Of a stretch of 64,000 bases of DNA, positions 56,201 through 64,000 are shown piece after piece (the first letter of the stretch is position 1; each line of letters begins with the position of its first letter). The notes below the pieces were generated by a model that saw nothing but the letters and a program-made list of their open reading frames with translations, searched no databases and was not told the origin of the DNA. The translations under genes were made by a program, and so were the position numbers. The DNA lies in contig NC_043004.1 of the NCBI RefSeq assembly GCF_006345805.1, forward strand, positions 105,090,001-105,154,000, read 5' to 3'. The stretch is from Octopus sinensis (lineage: Eukaryota).

Positions 56201-59200
56201 CTGGTAAGTGGGGAATGGTAGATATGTGAGGGCATAAAGAGTATAAATAAAATAAGAGAACATTATGGATAATATATGTTCATTCTTCAAAAAAATCTCT
56301 GGTAGAAATGAAAGAGTCAAGATAACAGATAAAATAGAACTGATCTAGAAGCTGAAGTTACATGAATTTATAATTATGTCAAGCATTTGTGTGTCATCTA
56401 TGAAACAGAACACTTAATTCTGTAGTATCGTTTCAGGGTTTTTTTATTTTTTACTAAGTAGTGGAGAAATTGTAAGGTATTAGATGACCCGGGGAATCAT
56501 TATCACTTTCACCATTTTATTTATTTATTTATTTTCTTGCTGATAAGGTCTTATCATCTTTCATGTTTCTTTAACATGTGGCACACAAGAACAGAAAATA
56601 GTTCCAATTTTTGTTACTGTGTAACAAAGTAGCAAAGATTGGTCTTTTTTCATATTTCTTTCTTCCTTAAATTTAATTTTGGAGTGGTTTGTTTATGGTC
56701 GGATGTCCCTTCTGCTACCAACCAGGATACATCTTTGACTATGCAATTCTATCATACCAAAACCACTCACACTTGAGAGATTGTCCGTGTTATGACTCAG
56801 GAGTGCTCTTGACTCTGAATCACTTTTTATGTACAGTTTCTGCTTTCCTAGATAAGGTTGCCTGCACTGCATGGATGCCCTTCGTATTGCCAACCATATT
56901 ACAGCTTGGACAGTATCTATTTTATCATACAACCCTACACTAAGCTGTCTATGTGAGGACTAAATAGTACATTCCACTCAGATGTCAGCACTGCGGTTTT
57001 TGAAGTCCATATCACTTCCAATCGTTTCTGCTTTCTGTTAGAGCATTTTTCTCCATTTTTTTTTAATATTCTAATTTTTTGAGAGTTGGACGGATTTCGG
57101 GTCAAGTGCGATAAACAAGTATCTTGAGTAAAGGATGAAAAGACGGAGAGGATTTATTACACATACTTTTATTGCTACAAGATTAGGGATTATGTACAGG
57201 CTTTATAAACATAACTTGGAAACAATTTTAAGATAATAAAAATAGATATTCTACTGAAACTTTGATATTCAAATTCTAACTACATTATTTTGATCATGTA
57301 AAACTTATACAGCCGATCTTTTGGAGTGAGAAAAATATTACTACGAGCTTATGTTAGAAATGACAATCATTATAGAAATTTAAATTTTAACGAGCCATAA
57401 TTTTTGAAAATGTGAATGTCGTATATAGGAGACAATAATTGAAGAAGAGGAGTAGAAAGTTAAAGAAGAAAGAAGAGTAAAATGGAAAAGAGATGCAAAA
57501 GAAAGACTGTAGAGAGTGAGGTGGTGAATAAAATGTACTCAACTCTGAATAAGTGTATATAAACAAAGAAGCAGACACAGCACTTCTCTCTCGCCTGTCT
57601 CCCCAGTCAATTTTAATTAGACGGCAAAGAAAAGGTTGAGTGAAAGGGAATGGTGAAGCAAAAGGAAGCCGAACAGTCCATGCCACTTCTTTAACATCAA
57701 ATAACAACATACTTGAACTAAAAAAACAAAGCCTCTACATAGTCGCACTGTCTGCTAGAAATAGCAGCCAAGCCTCACTGCAATTGCCCTTTAATATCAT
57801 AAGGACACATTCAATGAGCGTTCTGTAATACAGTCGTTAGAGCAAATCGTTTTACAGAATTGAGACAGACAGATGTCGGGTGGGGGATGACATTGTGTTA
57901 CTTCTTTAACATCAAATAAAAATGAACCTCTACTTGGTAACTCGACTTGCTAGAAATCGCAATCACATCTCCCTTAAAGCAAGCTCTGCTGTCTTAAAAA
58001 ATGAAAATACAGTGGATGATGTAGTCCTGGAGGCATAGCATCATGGGGTGGGGAACGGGATGGTCATAACTGTAACCTATAATCATAGATTCGCTCGATC
58101 TGAGTTGGTCTAGAGTTACATAATAACGAGAGGTACCAACGGGGGGACGGTTGTGTAGACACACTATCTGCTACAAATAGCGACAAAATTCCCCTCAAAC
58201 TATATCCTACTCTCTTAAAAAGTTAGGATTCAACATATAGCATGTCTAATCTGAAGTAAACATAGGATAGTTACGGCTGGAAAGCTTTTGATCATAGGTC
58301 TGCACAATCAGGGTGGACCTGGGGTTAAACAACAGTTAAACAATAAAAATACATAAAAAGTGAGAAATAAACGAAGCAAAATGAGAAATTATTGCGGCAG
58401 TGTCGTCAGCCCTGGGCGAACAGACTCACAATCAAAAACATTCCAATCGTCGCAAAATTCTGTCTTTTACCGAGATAGAATGCACTTCTGATTACATTAT
58501 CCAAAGTCCTTCTCTCCTAAAACAGTAGTGTGATGTGTGGGAGATTCGTCTACTACTTCTAGTAGGTCGAAACGACTGCATATTACATCCCACTTTGGTG
58601 AGTTGGTGTAATGTAATGAAAATGTGTTGTTTCGTAAAGAGATGAGGCAGAACGTTGACATGGAAGATTGTATTTTTGTATCGATCTGAGTTTTGTAATT
58701 AGAGTAAATATACACTGAGAGAGACAATGAAAATAAACAGTTCGAAAAGTAGAATAAATTGGGTTGTGAGAAAGACGTCAAGTCTAATGTTTCGGTCAGA
58801 AACCCGTCAGACTTTAGATCCTACTCGAGGCAAACTAATTCATTTATTTATTCTTACTTTCCAACTGTTTATACCCGATAATTACAGCACAAACCATCAA
58901 CTAATACCCTCGGGTCCTACTGTTTTCTTTATTATAAGACAATAGTTGTATTGTCGCCACTGTATCATCTCACACGCACTCTCTCTTTCTCTCTCTATCT
59001 CTTTCTTTCACACATTTACATAGAGGTAGGCTCTTAAGAATATACTTGTAATTTGTTTCAAGGTAAACTTTTAGATAGATGTCTTCATACTAAGAAGAAT
59101 AGTAGATATGAGTGTCGTTAGGTAGTCTTCGCCGCCTCATTTTGTGTTTAGTGTATTAAGTAGGTCTTTGTTTATGAGTGAATTAAAAAATCTCAGTGCG

Positions 59201-59626
59201 TGTTGCGAGCGACTTTGGTACGTACATGAGTCGATGCATGTCTATCATACACATATTTTTATGTAAATGTGTATGCGTGTGCATGCATGTTTATATATGT
59301 ATAGTTATAAGTAGATTTATGTGAGTTTGGATGTGCGTATTTATAATTTTGTACATGAAAGAGCGTGAGTGTGCTTGTACGAATTAATGTGCATACATGC
59401 ATGCGAAAATTTTAATGTGTAGATATTTATGTTTAACTGTATACGTAGTTTTGAGTTGGAAATCGCGTGCATGTGTTTGTTTGTTAGTATATAGCTAAAG
59501 ATTTGGGTGTGTTTACTTAGATCTAGGAAAAGTTATGTGAGTGTTCATGTTTGCGTATTTACATATCTGAAAGTTCCGAATAATCTGGATAAACATGTTT
59601 TATTTGAACGATCTTCTCTCTCCCCA

Positions 59627-59673
<47 letters not shown>

Positions 59674-60155
59674 ACCTTGGTGGTTGCAGCAATGTTGTGG
59701 ACACCAAAATAAGCCGAAGATGAAACAAAGGATGTTTAAAAAGCCAGCCCAGCTTTCGAGGCCCGGCGACGCCACCACCACCACCAGTACAAAGTCTCTT
59801 CATATAATAAGGCTAACTGCAATATCATCTCCATCATCAGTTAGCATATAACTTTGGCGGGAGGAAGAAAACGGTGACAAGCAACTTCGAGACTTTTAAG
59901 ATGCCTTTTTTTCTTTTGCTGTTTCTTTCTCTCAATGTGTTTGATATTTTGGTCCCTAAGTTTCAATCGAACATCTGACAATTCTTTAAGTTACTGCATT
60001 GCAGAGAAGTATGGACTGGGGTGGTTATAACTATCAGGCTATAAGCCCTATCCTTTCAATAAACAATGTACGGTAACAACAAACTGTAAAATATTCTTCG
60101 TGAAAGGCAAAATAAATTATATAAACATATATATACATATATATATAGACATGGA

Positions 60156-60190
<35 letters not shown>

Positions 60191-60252
60191 TCATATATAC
60201 ATACATATACATGTATACATATTCTTACTTGTGCAGTGCAGCATCCTGGCAT
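683..60252 (-). CDS. SERINC5: SERINC5-like serine incorporator (TMS/TDE family multipass membrane protein), 13 coding exons, about 489 aa once the 1-nt exon-3 deficit is corrected
   Basis: Manually spliced exons: 60229-60252, 35293-35460, 31797-31974, 26101-26177, 24648-24741, 21764-21807, 19509-19682, 13434-13529, 10947-11121, 8213-8264, 5494-5530, 1405-1543, 683-893. All introns GT-AG, phases consistent except exon 3. SERINC hallmarks: [79 protein letters not shown]5 rather than 1/3 is inferred from the Cys-rich, non-MG N-terminus. Confidence 0.93.
1163..1352. repeat. (GAT/GGT)n trinucleotide low-complexity tract in the last intron
   Basis: Direct reading. Confidence 0.95.
1405..1543 (-). 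CDS. SERINC5: SERINC exon 12 ([45 protein letters not shown]), 139 nt
   Basis: ctttctag acceptor, CAG|GTAAGG donor, phase 1/2; most conserved SERINC motif. Confidence 0.96.
4000..4670 (+). mobile_element. Bipartite RTE-derived non-autonomous element interrupted by a tRNA-derived SINE (about 4148-4446)
   Basis: RTE-like 5' part (tcaatgaccc...gctcctggcagggcc.cccatgc) and RTE-like 3' end (ggcctatgttcc...gggcttaag); nested SINE with A/B boxes flanked by TSD taatatggat (4129-4138, 4447-4456). Confidence 0.6.
5494..5530 (-). CDS. SERINC5: SERINC exon 11 ([12 protein letters not shown]), 37-nt small exon
   Basis: tttccag acceptor, GTAAGT donor; phase 0/1 is required to bridge exons 10 and 12; Cys cluster like the CCFC of SERINC5 ICL4. 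Confidence 0.87.
6572..6878 (+). mobile_element. RTE 3'-UTR-derived element with three ~60-bp hairpin units and (GAT)n tail
   Basis: Same sequence as the 3' UTR of the RTE at 50090-50520. Similar copies at about 2422-2637, 28615-28925(-), 29820-30302, 33985-34150(-), 39090-39430(-), 40215-40523, 46322-46685. Confidence 0.85.
7060..7276 (+). mobile_element. piggyBac-type MITE (~220 bp); other copies at about 12918-13140, 20436-20655, 21177-21390, 31302-31498, 31503-31687, 35112-35281
   Basis: TTAA flanks and CCCTTTAG...AAAGG termini; the two 31-kb copies share one TTAA. Confidence 0.75.
8213..8264 (-). CDS. SERINC5: SERINC exon 10 ([17 protein letters not shown]), 52 nt
   Basis: ccttctcag acceptor, GTAAAT donor, phase 2/0; continues the YSSLTS motif. 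Confidence 0.87.
10655..10895. repeat. Degenerate (ACA)n tract just downstream of exon 9
   Basis: Direct reading. Confidence 0.85.
10947..11121 (-). CDS. SERINC5: SERINC exon 9 ([10 protein letters not shown]...[12 protein letters not shown]...IALALYSS), 175 nt
   Basis: poly-T gcag acceptor, CAG|GTCAGT donor, phase 1/2. Confidence 0.92.
11608..12831. mobile_element. Charlie-like hAT non-autonomous element with a nested SINE (about 12170-12405)
   Basis: TIRs CAGGGATTCTTAACC / GGTTGACAACCACTG with subterminal tatggacc motifs; TSD degenerate. Confidence 0.6.
13434..13529 (-). CDS. SERINC5: SERINC exon 8 ([32 protein letters not shown]), 96 nt
   Basis: cttttag acceptor, GTAGGT donor, phase 1/1. 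Confidence 0.95.
13905..14262 (+). mobile_element. CR1/L2-group LINE 3' end
   Basis: [13 protein letters not shown] / [20 protein letters not shown] (TRGH...FF..RV...WN.LP signature), followed by 3' UTR and (ATT)n tail. Confidence 0.75.
14350..18300. mobile_element. Cluster of an abundant ~400-bp SINE with internal (TA/CA)n: + copies at about 14350-14570 and 17880-18300; - copies at about 15062-15445, 15475-15800, 15822-16195, 16197-16453, 16980-17382
   Basis: Consensus ggagtggctgtgtggtaag...gggttcagtcccactgcgtggcac...gctccagcatggcc.cagtcaaatgactgaaacaagtaaaag. Further copies at about 3290-3715(-), 19100-19440(-), 29243-29662(+), 38428-39090(+), 52256-52646(+), 53380-53768(+), 54012-54408(+), 60655-61070(-). 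Confidence 0.9.
18356..18740 (+). mobile_element. tRNA-derived SINE, same head/core as 27392-27777 but a different tail ending (AAAC)n
   Basis: A/B boxes at 18361-18421; shared core to about 18550; distinct GC-rich tail. Confidence 0.85.
19509..19682 (-). CDS. SERINC5: SERINC exon 7 ([16 protein letters not shown]...[16 protein letters not shown]...CSSK), 174 nt
   Basis: ttttttcag acceptor, GTAAGT donor, phase 1/1; C-x2-NK motif. Confidence 0.95.
21764..21807 (-). CDS. SERINC5: SERINC exon 6 ([14 protein letters not shown]), 44-nt small exon
   Basis: ttttacag acceptor, CAG|GTAAGT donor; phase 2/1 is exactly what is needed to join exons 5 and 7. Confidence 0.88.
22012..24505 (-). mobile_element. 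5'-truncated RTE-clade LINE with reverse transcriptase domain, 3' UTR and (GAT)n tail
   Basis: ORF 22860-23957 has [31 protein letters not shown]; C-terminal RGRSRKTW at 22290-22481; (TCA)n at 22012-22026; unrelated segment at about 22500-22700. Confidence 0.93.
24648..24741 (-). CDS. SERINC5: SERINC exon 5 ([32 protein letters not shown]), 94 nt
   Basis: tttcag acceptor, GTAAGT donor, phase 1/2. Confidence 0.95.
24837..25261. mobile_element. hAT-type MITE nested in a SINE
   Basis: TIRs CAGGGCCAGATTAA / TTAATCCAGCGCTG; 8-bp TSD tatgcatg (24829-36) versus tttgcatg (25262-69). Confidence 0.8.
25440..25700 (-). mobile_element. Old RTE-type LINE fragment
   Basis: Minus translation [31 protein letters not shown] resembles the RTE C-terminal GH.AR..D.RW...W.P..KR..GRP pattern. 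Confidence 0.55.
26101..26177 (-). CDS. SERINC5: SERINC exon 4 ([25 protein letters not shown]), 77 nt
   Basis: ttacag acceptor, GTGAGT donor, phase 2/1. Confidence 0.95.
26294..26466 (+). mobile_element. Short 3' fragment of a second RTE-like LINE with target-site duplication
   Basis: Encodes WKPS...[10 protein letters not shown]...AMMDREVWR*, has (ATG)n tail, TSD atctttcca at 26285-26293 and 26467-26475. Confidence 0.75.
26675..27371. mobile_element. Charlie-like hAT MITE carrying a nested Penelope-like palindrome
   Basis: TIRs CAGTGGCTCTCAAC / GTTGAAAAACACTG; flanks gctaagat / tgccagat. Confidence 0.6.
26801..27170. mobile_element. Palindromic Penelope-like terminal-repeat element; arms about 26807-26935 and 26990-27106
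   Basis: Arms are reverse complements over more than 80 bp; each carries a hammerhead-type CTGATGA...GAAAC layout. Confidence 0.65.
27392..27777 (-). mobile_element. Young full-length tRNA-derived SINE with 12-bp TSD
   Basis: Head GGAGGCGCAATGGCCCAGTGG (A box), GGTTTCGATTCC (B box); TSD aatattcataat at 27380-27391 and 27778-27789; CpGs retained. Confidence 0.92.
31797..31974 (-). CDS. SERINC5: SERINC exon 3 (VPWFNETC / [24 protein letters not shown]...IQNG), 178 nt, contains a 1-nt frameshift
   Basis: tcacag acceptor, TGG|GTAAAT donor. The two halves of the homologous peptide are in different frames, with the break near 31951. Confidence 0.9.
33280..33332. repeat. (CA)n microsatellite
   Basis: Direct reading. 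Confidence 0.95.
35293..35460 (-). CDS. SERINC5: SERINC exon 2 ([17 protein letters not shown]...QDEVVKK), 168 nt
   Basis: ttccag acceptor, AAA|GTAAGT donor, phase 0/0; [12 protein letters not shown] motif. Confidence 0.95.
36830..37400 (-). mobile_element. Decayed RTE LINE 3' fragment
   Basis: Similar to 50700-51250 (cctcttccaca, cagtc..ctctcttgca, catactagcttca). Confidence 0.65.
41420..43210 (-). mobile_element. Heavily decayed RTE LINE (endonuclease to RT region)
   Basis: Collinear similarity to the 22-24.5 kb copy ([12 protein letters not shown]; AGDFNGHV endonuclease motif near 42760); interrupted by a + strand RTE 3' tail at about 42880-43040. Confidence 0.8.
43495..43695 (+). mobile_element. 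Penelope-like terminal fragment inserted in a TA microsatellite, with a minimal hammerhead-like motif
   Basis: TCTTT CTGTGGA A GAGC GTAG GCTC GAAA CGTA AAAGA at 43556-43593; ends in (TA)n. Confidence 0.55.
44210..44310. repeat. (GAT/GGT)n microsatellite
   Basis: Direct reading. Confidence 0.95.
46869..47168 (+). mobile_element. tRNA-derived SINE, internally deleted copy of the 27392-27777 family
   Basis: Same head and same tail (gagaactacgtt.agggtac...cacgttaatttcac). Confidence 0.85.
47645..48063. repeat. Segment repeated in inverted orientation at 51588-52050 and partially in direct orientation at 40104-40204
   Basis: Shared blocks such as aaacccttatct..tgtggaactatttctaa, aaaaattcctttaatatttgggaattttgt, ggcatcatttgttgt, agtaagtcaagtgacta, agaaaagcaaca. 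Confidence 0.88.
48341..49583 (+). mobile_element. Full-length decayed mariner (DD34D) transposon
   Basis: TIRs TCAGGTCATCCCATAAGTTCTGTCCGA and its near-perfect inverse ending at 49583; TA on both flanks (48339-40, 49584-85). Confidence 0.95.
48514..49508 (+). pseudogene. Mariner transposase pseudogene
   Basis: Motifs [35 protein letters not shown]. Several in-frame stops and a frame-breaking deletion near 48650. Confidence 0.93.
50090..51395 (-). mobile_element. 3' end of RTE LINE including 3' UTR repeat array and (GAT)n tail
   Basis: ORF 50651-50887 [11 protein letters not shown]...[13 protein letters not shown], contiguous with hairpin-unit repeats and a (TCA)n tail. Confidence 0.9.
51481..52122. 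mobile_element. Mariner-type MITE enclosing a ~460-bp foreign insert
   Basis: TIRs CGATGGGGCACTGAAAAATTCCTGGCTTTGGGTA (51481-51514) and inverse TACCCTTAAAGCCAGGAACTTTTCAGCACTCCTTTG (52087-52122), followed by TA. Confidence 0.75.
55003..55284 (-). mobile_element. tRNA-derived SINE of the 4148-4446 family; another partial copy at about 38645-38895
   Basis: Shared core ttcttgagcaagacacttt...ctaggtgcaa..catggtcattcatg. Confidence 0.8.
59627..59673. repeat. (TATC)n microsatellite
   Basis: Direct reading. Confidence 0.95.
60229..60252 (-). CDS. SERINC5: SERINC coding exon 1 (MPGCCTAQ), ends phase 0
   Basis: ATC ATG with A at -3; CAA|GTAAGA donor; resembles the MSAQCCAGQ start of vertebrate SERINC5 and joins in frame to LSCCFG. 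Confidence 0.88.
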
Positions 60253-60560
60253 GATGAAACAACCAGCAGAGTAGTCCAACTATTGTTCGAGACAGCAAGC
60301 AGTGCGCGAGTCTTCGTATCTCATAGAATTAAGAACCTGCCCATGAAAGAGATTAGCCTGGAAAACAGGGGAGGTAACTCTCTTGTAAACATTGTTTGTG
60401 GGTGTGTACTCGACTGTCAGTAGTGCAGAGGTGAACAGCTGATTACGACACTCCGGTTTAGATCTACAGTTGCCACTTCACGCACATACTCGTTGGTGTT
60501 ACGTAAACGGGCGCGTGTATTTCAGTATACGTGCGTTAGTAAATTTAGTAACTAAAAACA
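60253..60560 (-). promoter_or_regulatory. Putative 5' UTR / promoter region of the SERINC gene, CpG-retaining
   Basis: Directly upstream of the ATG; many CpGs (gcgcg, gggcgcgtg); palindromic TTACGTAA at 60499-60506; possible 3' splice site cctgttttccag|G at 60358-60360. TSS not determinable. Confidence 0.5.
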
Positions 60561-60862
60561 GTTTCCTGCGACTTTTTTTTTTTAAATCAATTCTTTGAAA
60601 CTTTAAACTTTGTATGTTGTTTTGGTTATATTTTGTGTGTATATCTAATATACATACTCTTTTTCTTGTTTCAGTCATTTGACTGCGGCCATGCTGGAGC
60701 ATCGCCTTTAATCGAGCAACTCGACCCCGGGACTTAATCTTTTGTAAGCCCAGTACTTATTCTATCGGTCTCTTTTGCCGAACCGCTAAGTTAAAGGGAC
60801 ATAAACACACCAGTATCGGTGGTCAAGCAATGCTAGGGGGACAAACACACACACACACAAAC

Positions 60863-60911
<49 letters not shown>

Positions 60912-62924
60912 TACGACAGGCTTCTTTCAGTTTCCGTCTACCAAATCCACTCACAAGGCTTTGGTCAGCCCGGGGCTATAGCAGAAAACACTTGCCCAAG
61001 ATGCCACGCAGTGGGACTGAACCCGGAACCATGTGGTTGGTTAGCAAGCTACTTACCACACAGCCACTCTATGACTCAAAATATAAATAAACCCCCAGAC
61101 GTCTTAAGGCATGAGCACACTGGGTCCATGGGCTCAATTCTAATCCACATAAGGTTTGGCGTTGATTTGCTTTTATGATAGTGCTAAGATGACTTTACAC
61201 ACACACACACACACACACGTGTATACACTAAAAGTAAACACACATAAAATGCAACGAAAGCACGAAATTAAGTAAATGAGAGAAACCTCTTTCACTATTT
61301 CTGAAGTAAAAGCAAAAAGATCTTTTGAAATATTTGGAATTCATTTTCATATCGAAAAATATTTCTTACGTTTTTGTTTTTACGTATTTCATGTTATTTC
61401 CTAGTGAAGCATGGTATAATTTAGGGAGTATTTTTTGAAGTTCATCCTTCACTGGAAAATGACCGTAGTATACAAAAAGTGATTTATTGTTACGGAGAGA
61501 GCGGTTTGATTATAAATCAGGTTATACGTAGTTAATGACAAAATTAACCAACAATCTAAGAATATTTTCCTTCTTGCTACGTATATAATTTAAATGAATT
61601 AAAATAAGTTACTGCATTAAATATGTGTAAATATAATGTTTTTAAAGTATAAAATATATAATTAACAAAGTTATTAGTGTTTGATCCATTATGTATGTAA
61701 CAATATAGGTTGATTAGTAAACAATATTATGAAATGTCGGAGTCAGCAGTTGTAACGATAAAAATTTGTTGTTATAATTGCACACTGTAGGATGTGAAAA
61801 GATGTACAATGCATGAAGTTTTAAGGAAATATTTATTTACCATTACGTTACAATACCTTGCCTCGAAGGGCAGGTTATGATAAATCCAAAAGCATGCGAA
61901 GTAAAGTTTGTGTTTGTGCCCTCTTCATTGTTTAGTAGTAATTACAGAGAGAGATAGAATGATGTTGTAAGAGAACAGAATTAGAGCTAGTGAGAGTTTT
62001 AGTGTGTTGTCTCACAGTTGCTGACAGTAAGCTTCATTTCTCCATCTGACCAAGGTTCTAGCTGGTCAGCCAGACTTCGATGTCACCGATTTGACTAACT
62101 CGTTGAGTCGTCACCGACTGAGTTTTGCTTGGGGTGTTCTTGCTTTTATAACTATCTAGAAGGATAGACATATCATTGAGAACAATAGATTTAGTTGGTG
62201 ATCTTGTTATCTCTATTCTAGCTTTTGGAAGGATCAAGTGATGAAGACATTATTTCAGCCTAGCTAAAGGCATCTGGAAAATGTAAAACTGCTGTCAGAG
62301 AAAAACCATTGTTCCACCGTGAGAAAAGTTCTGTTGAAGTGTTAATTTAAATTTTGCTATGGTGGGTCGAATCTATTTCATGCATGCAAGATCCACTACA
62401 TATATATTATTATCTATCATACTGTTTTTCTTTTTCAATGCAGCAAACGTCCCATATATTTTTCTCCTTGTCATTTATTTGTCTCTATAGCATTTAGCGT
62501 AATGCTCAACTATCTCTACCACGACACTGCTCTTATTATAACAACAATTTCTAATATTGGCTTCAAATTTTAGCACAGGGCCAGCAATTTTGGGTTACAT
62601 CGACCTCAGTATTTAACTGGCACCCATTTTACCGACTCCGAAAGGATGAAAGGGAAAGTTGATCTCATCGGAATTTGAACTCAAAACGTGAAAACGTACG
62701 AAATACCGCTGTGCATTTTGCCCAGCGGGCTAACGATTCTGCCAGCTCGCTGCCTTGCAACGATTTCTCATATTCGCACAAAATCTGAAAAGATACAGGA
62801 GAGATAAAGTTGAGTGAATGTATTTGGGATATGACTGTTATTTCATCAGTAGAATTTGAACTCAAAAATAAAATGGTATATTTAAATATAGCAAAACATT
62901 ACGTCCAGTAGGCTATCCGTACTG

Positions 62925-63470
62925 TGGAGGCGCGTGGCTTAGTGGTTAGGGCGTCAGCATCATGATCGTAAGATTGTGGTTTCGATTCCTGGACCGGGCG
63001 ACGCGTTGTATTCTTGAGCAAAACATGTCAATTCATGTTGCTCCAGTCCACTCAGCTGGCAAAAATGAGTAACGCTGCGATGGACTGGCGTCCCGTCCAG
63101 CTGGGGTACACATACGCCATTGAAACCGGGCCCATGAGCCTGGCTAGGCTTTAAAAAAAGCACATGTGGAGACGCAATGACTCAGTGGTTAGGGCAGCGG
63201 ACTCGCTGTCGGAGGATCGCGGTTTCGATTCCCAGATCGGGCGTTGTGTGCGTTTATTGAGTGAAAACACCAGAAGCTCCACGAGACTCTGGCAGGGGGT
63301 GGGGTGGTGACCCCTGTTGTACTCTTTCGCCCCAACTTTCTCCCACTCTCTTTTCCTGTTTCTTGTGTAATGCTGCGATGAACTGACGTCCCGTCCAGCT
63401 ATAGGGGAACACATACGCCGTAGAAACCGAGAAACCGATCCCATGGAGCCTGGCTAGGCTTGAAAATGGC
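62925..63470 (+). mobile_element. Tandem pair of tRNA-derived SINEs with different heads and a common tail
   Basis: Heads at 62925 and 63166 each with A/B boxes; both end gctgcgatg.actg.cgtcccgtccagct...gagcctggctaggctt. Confidence 0.85.
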
Positions 63471-63899
63471 GCATAAATAAATATGATAAAATAAGGCTAT
63501 CAGTACTACTACCCCTGCCTTCGAACTTACCATTATAATAGTTACAACACAAACGACGATGTTTTGGCAGAATCGTTTGAGGGTCGACAAAATACTGTTG
63601 TTGGGAGGGGGTGATTGTTTATTAGTTACAAGATAAGAGGATGCCTTTTTTAGTCATGAACGACCCAACCATAGATAAATGCTGTTTCCATTATTTATTA
63701 TTTCAAATAGTTTATATTTTACACATGAATCAATATTATAGTGGAAAACATTCGCTGGGATGTGTGTGCTACTTAAAGCTTTACAATACTTGAGGTGGGA
63801 GTATTGTTTTGGTTAATTCTGTTACGTGACATATGGTCATGATTATCATAAACAGAATACAAGCTGATAATTTTATAGAAAGATATTTGCATGTATATT

Positions 63900-63916
63900 T
63901 AGATAGATAAATAGAT

Positions 63917-63969
<53 letters not shown>

Positions 63970-64000
63970 CAGATAGACAGGTAGACAGATAGATAGATAG
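63900..64000. repeat. (GATA)n microsatellite running off the window
   Basis: Direct reading. Confidence 0.97.

Noticed and set aside
58780-58814. Possible fifth hammerhead relic on the minus strand (AAGU-CUGACG-GGUUUCUGACC-GAAACAUUA-GACUU)
   Set aside because: Needs several indels or substitutions to fit the core; too degenerate to claim.

Overview
AT-rich eukaryotic DNA dense in SINEs, LINEs and microsatellites. The repeat families look like those of an Octopus (coleoid cephalopod) genome; this is inference. The window holds one complete 13-coding-exon gene on the minus strand (ATG at 60252, TAG at 683-685) encoding a SERINC5-like serine incorporator/lipid scramblase of about 489 aa. All 12 introns are GT-AG and the splice phases match, except that exon 3 is one base short (178 nt instead of 179), giving a premature TAA at 31942-31944 as assembled. 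The introns hold RTE-clade LINE fragments, a decayed full-length mariner, hAT-, piggyBac- and mariner-type MITEs, tRNA-derived SINEs and microsatellites. Most notable observations: the exon-3 frameshift; four decayed minimal hammerhead-ribozyme motifs of Penelope-like type; an in-frame upstream ORF whose UAG could be recoded by A-to-I editing; a mariner MITE carrying an inverted copy of nearby intron DNA; head/tail-swapped SINEs; and two CpG-retaining islands. I found no evidence for a prokaryote-type system or CRISPR array, and no clearly new multi-gene system; the candidates are RNA-level or transposon-level hypotheses.
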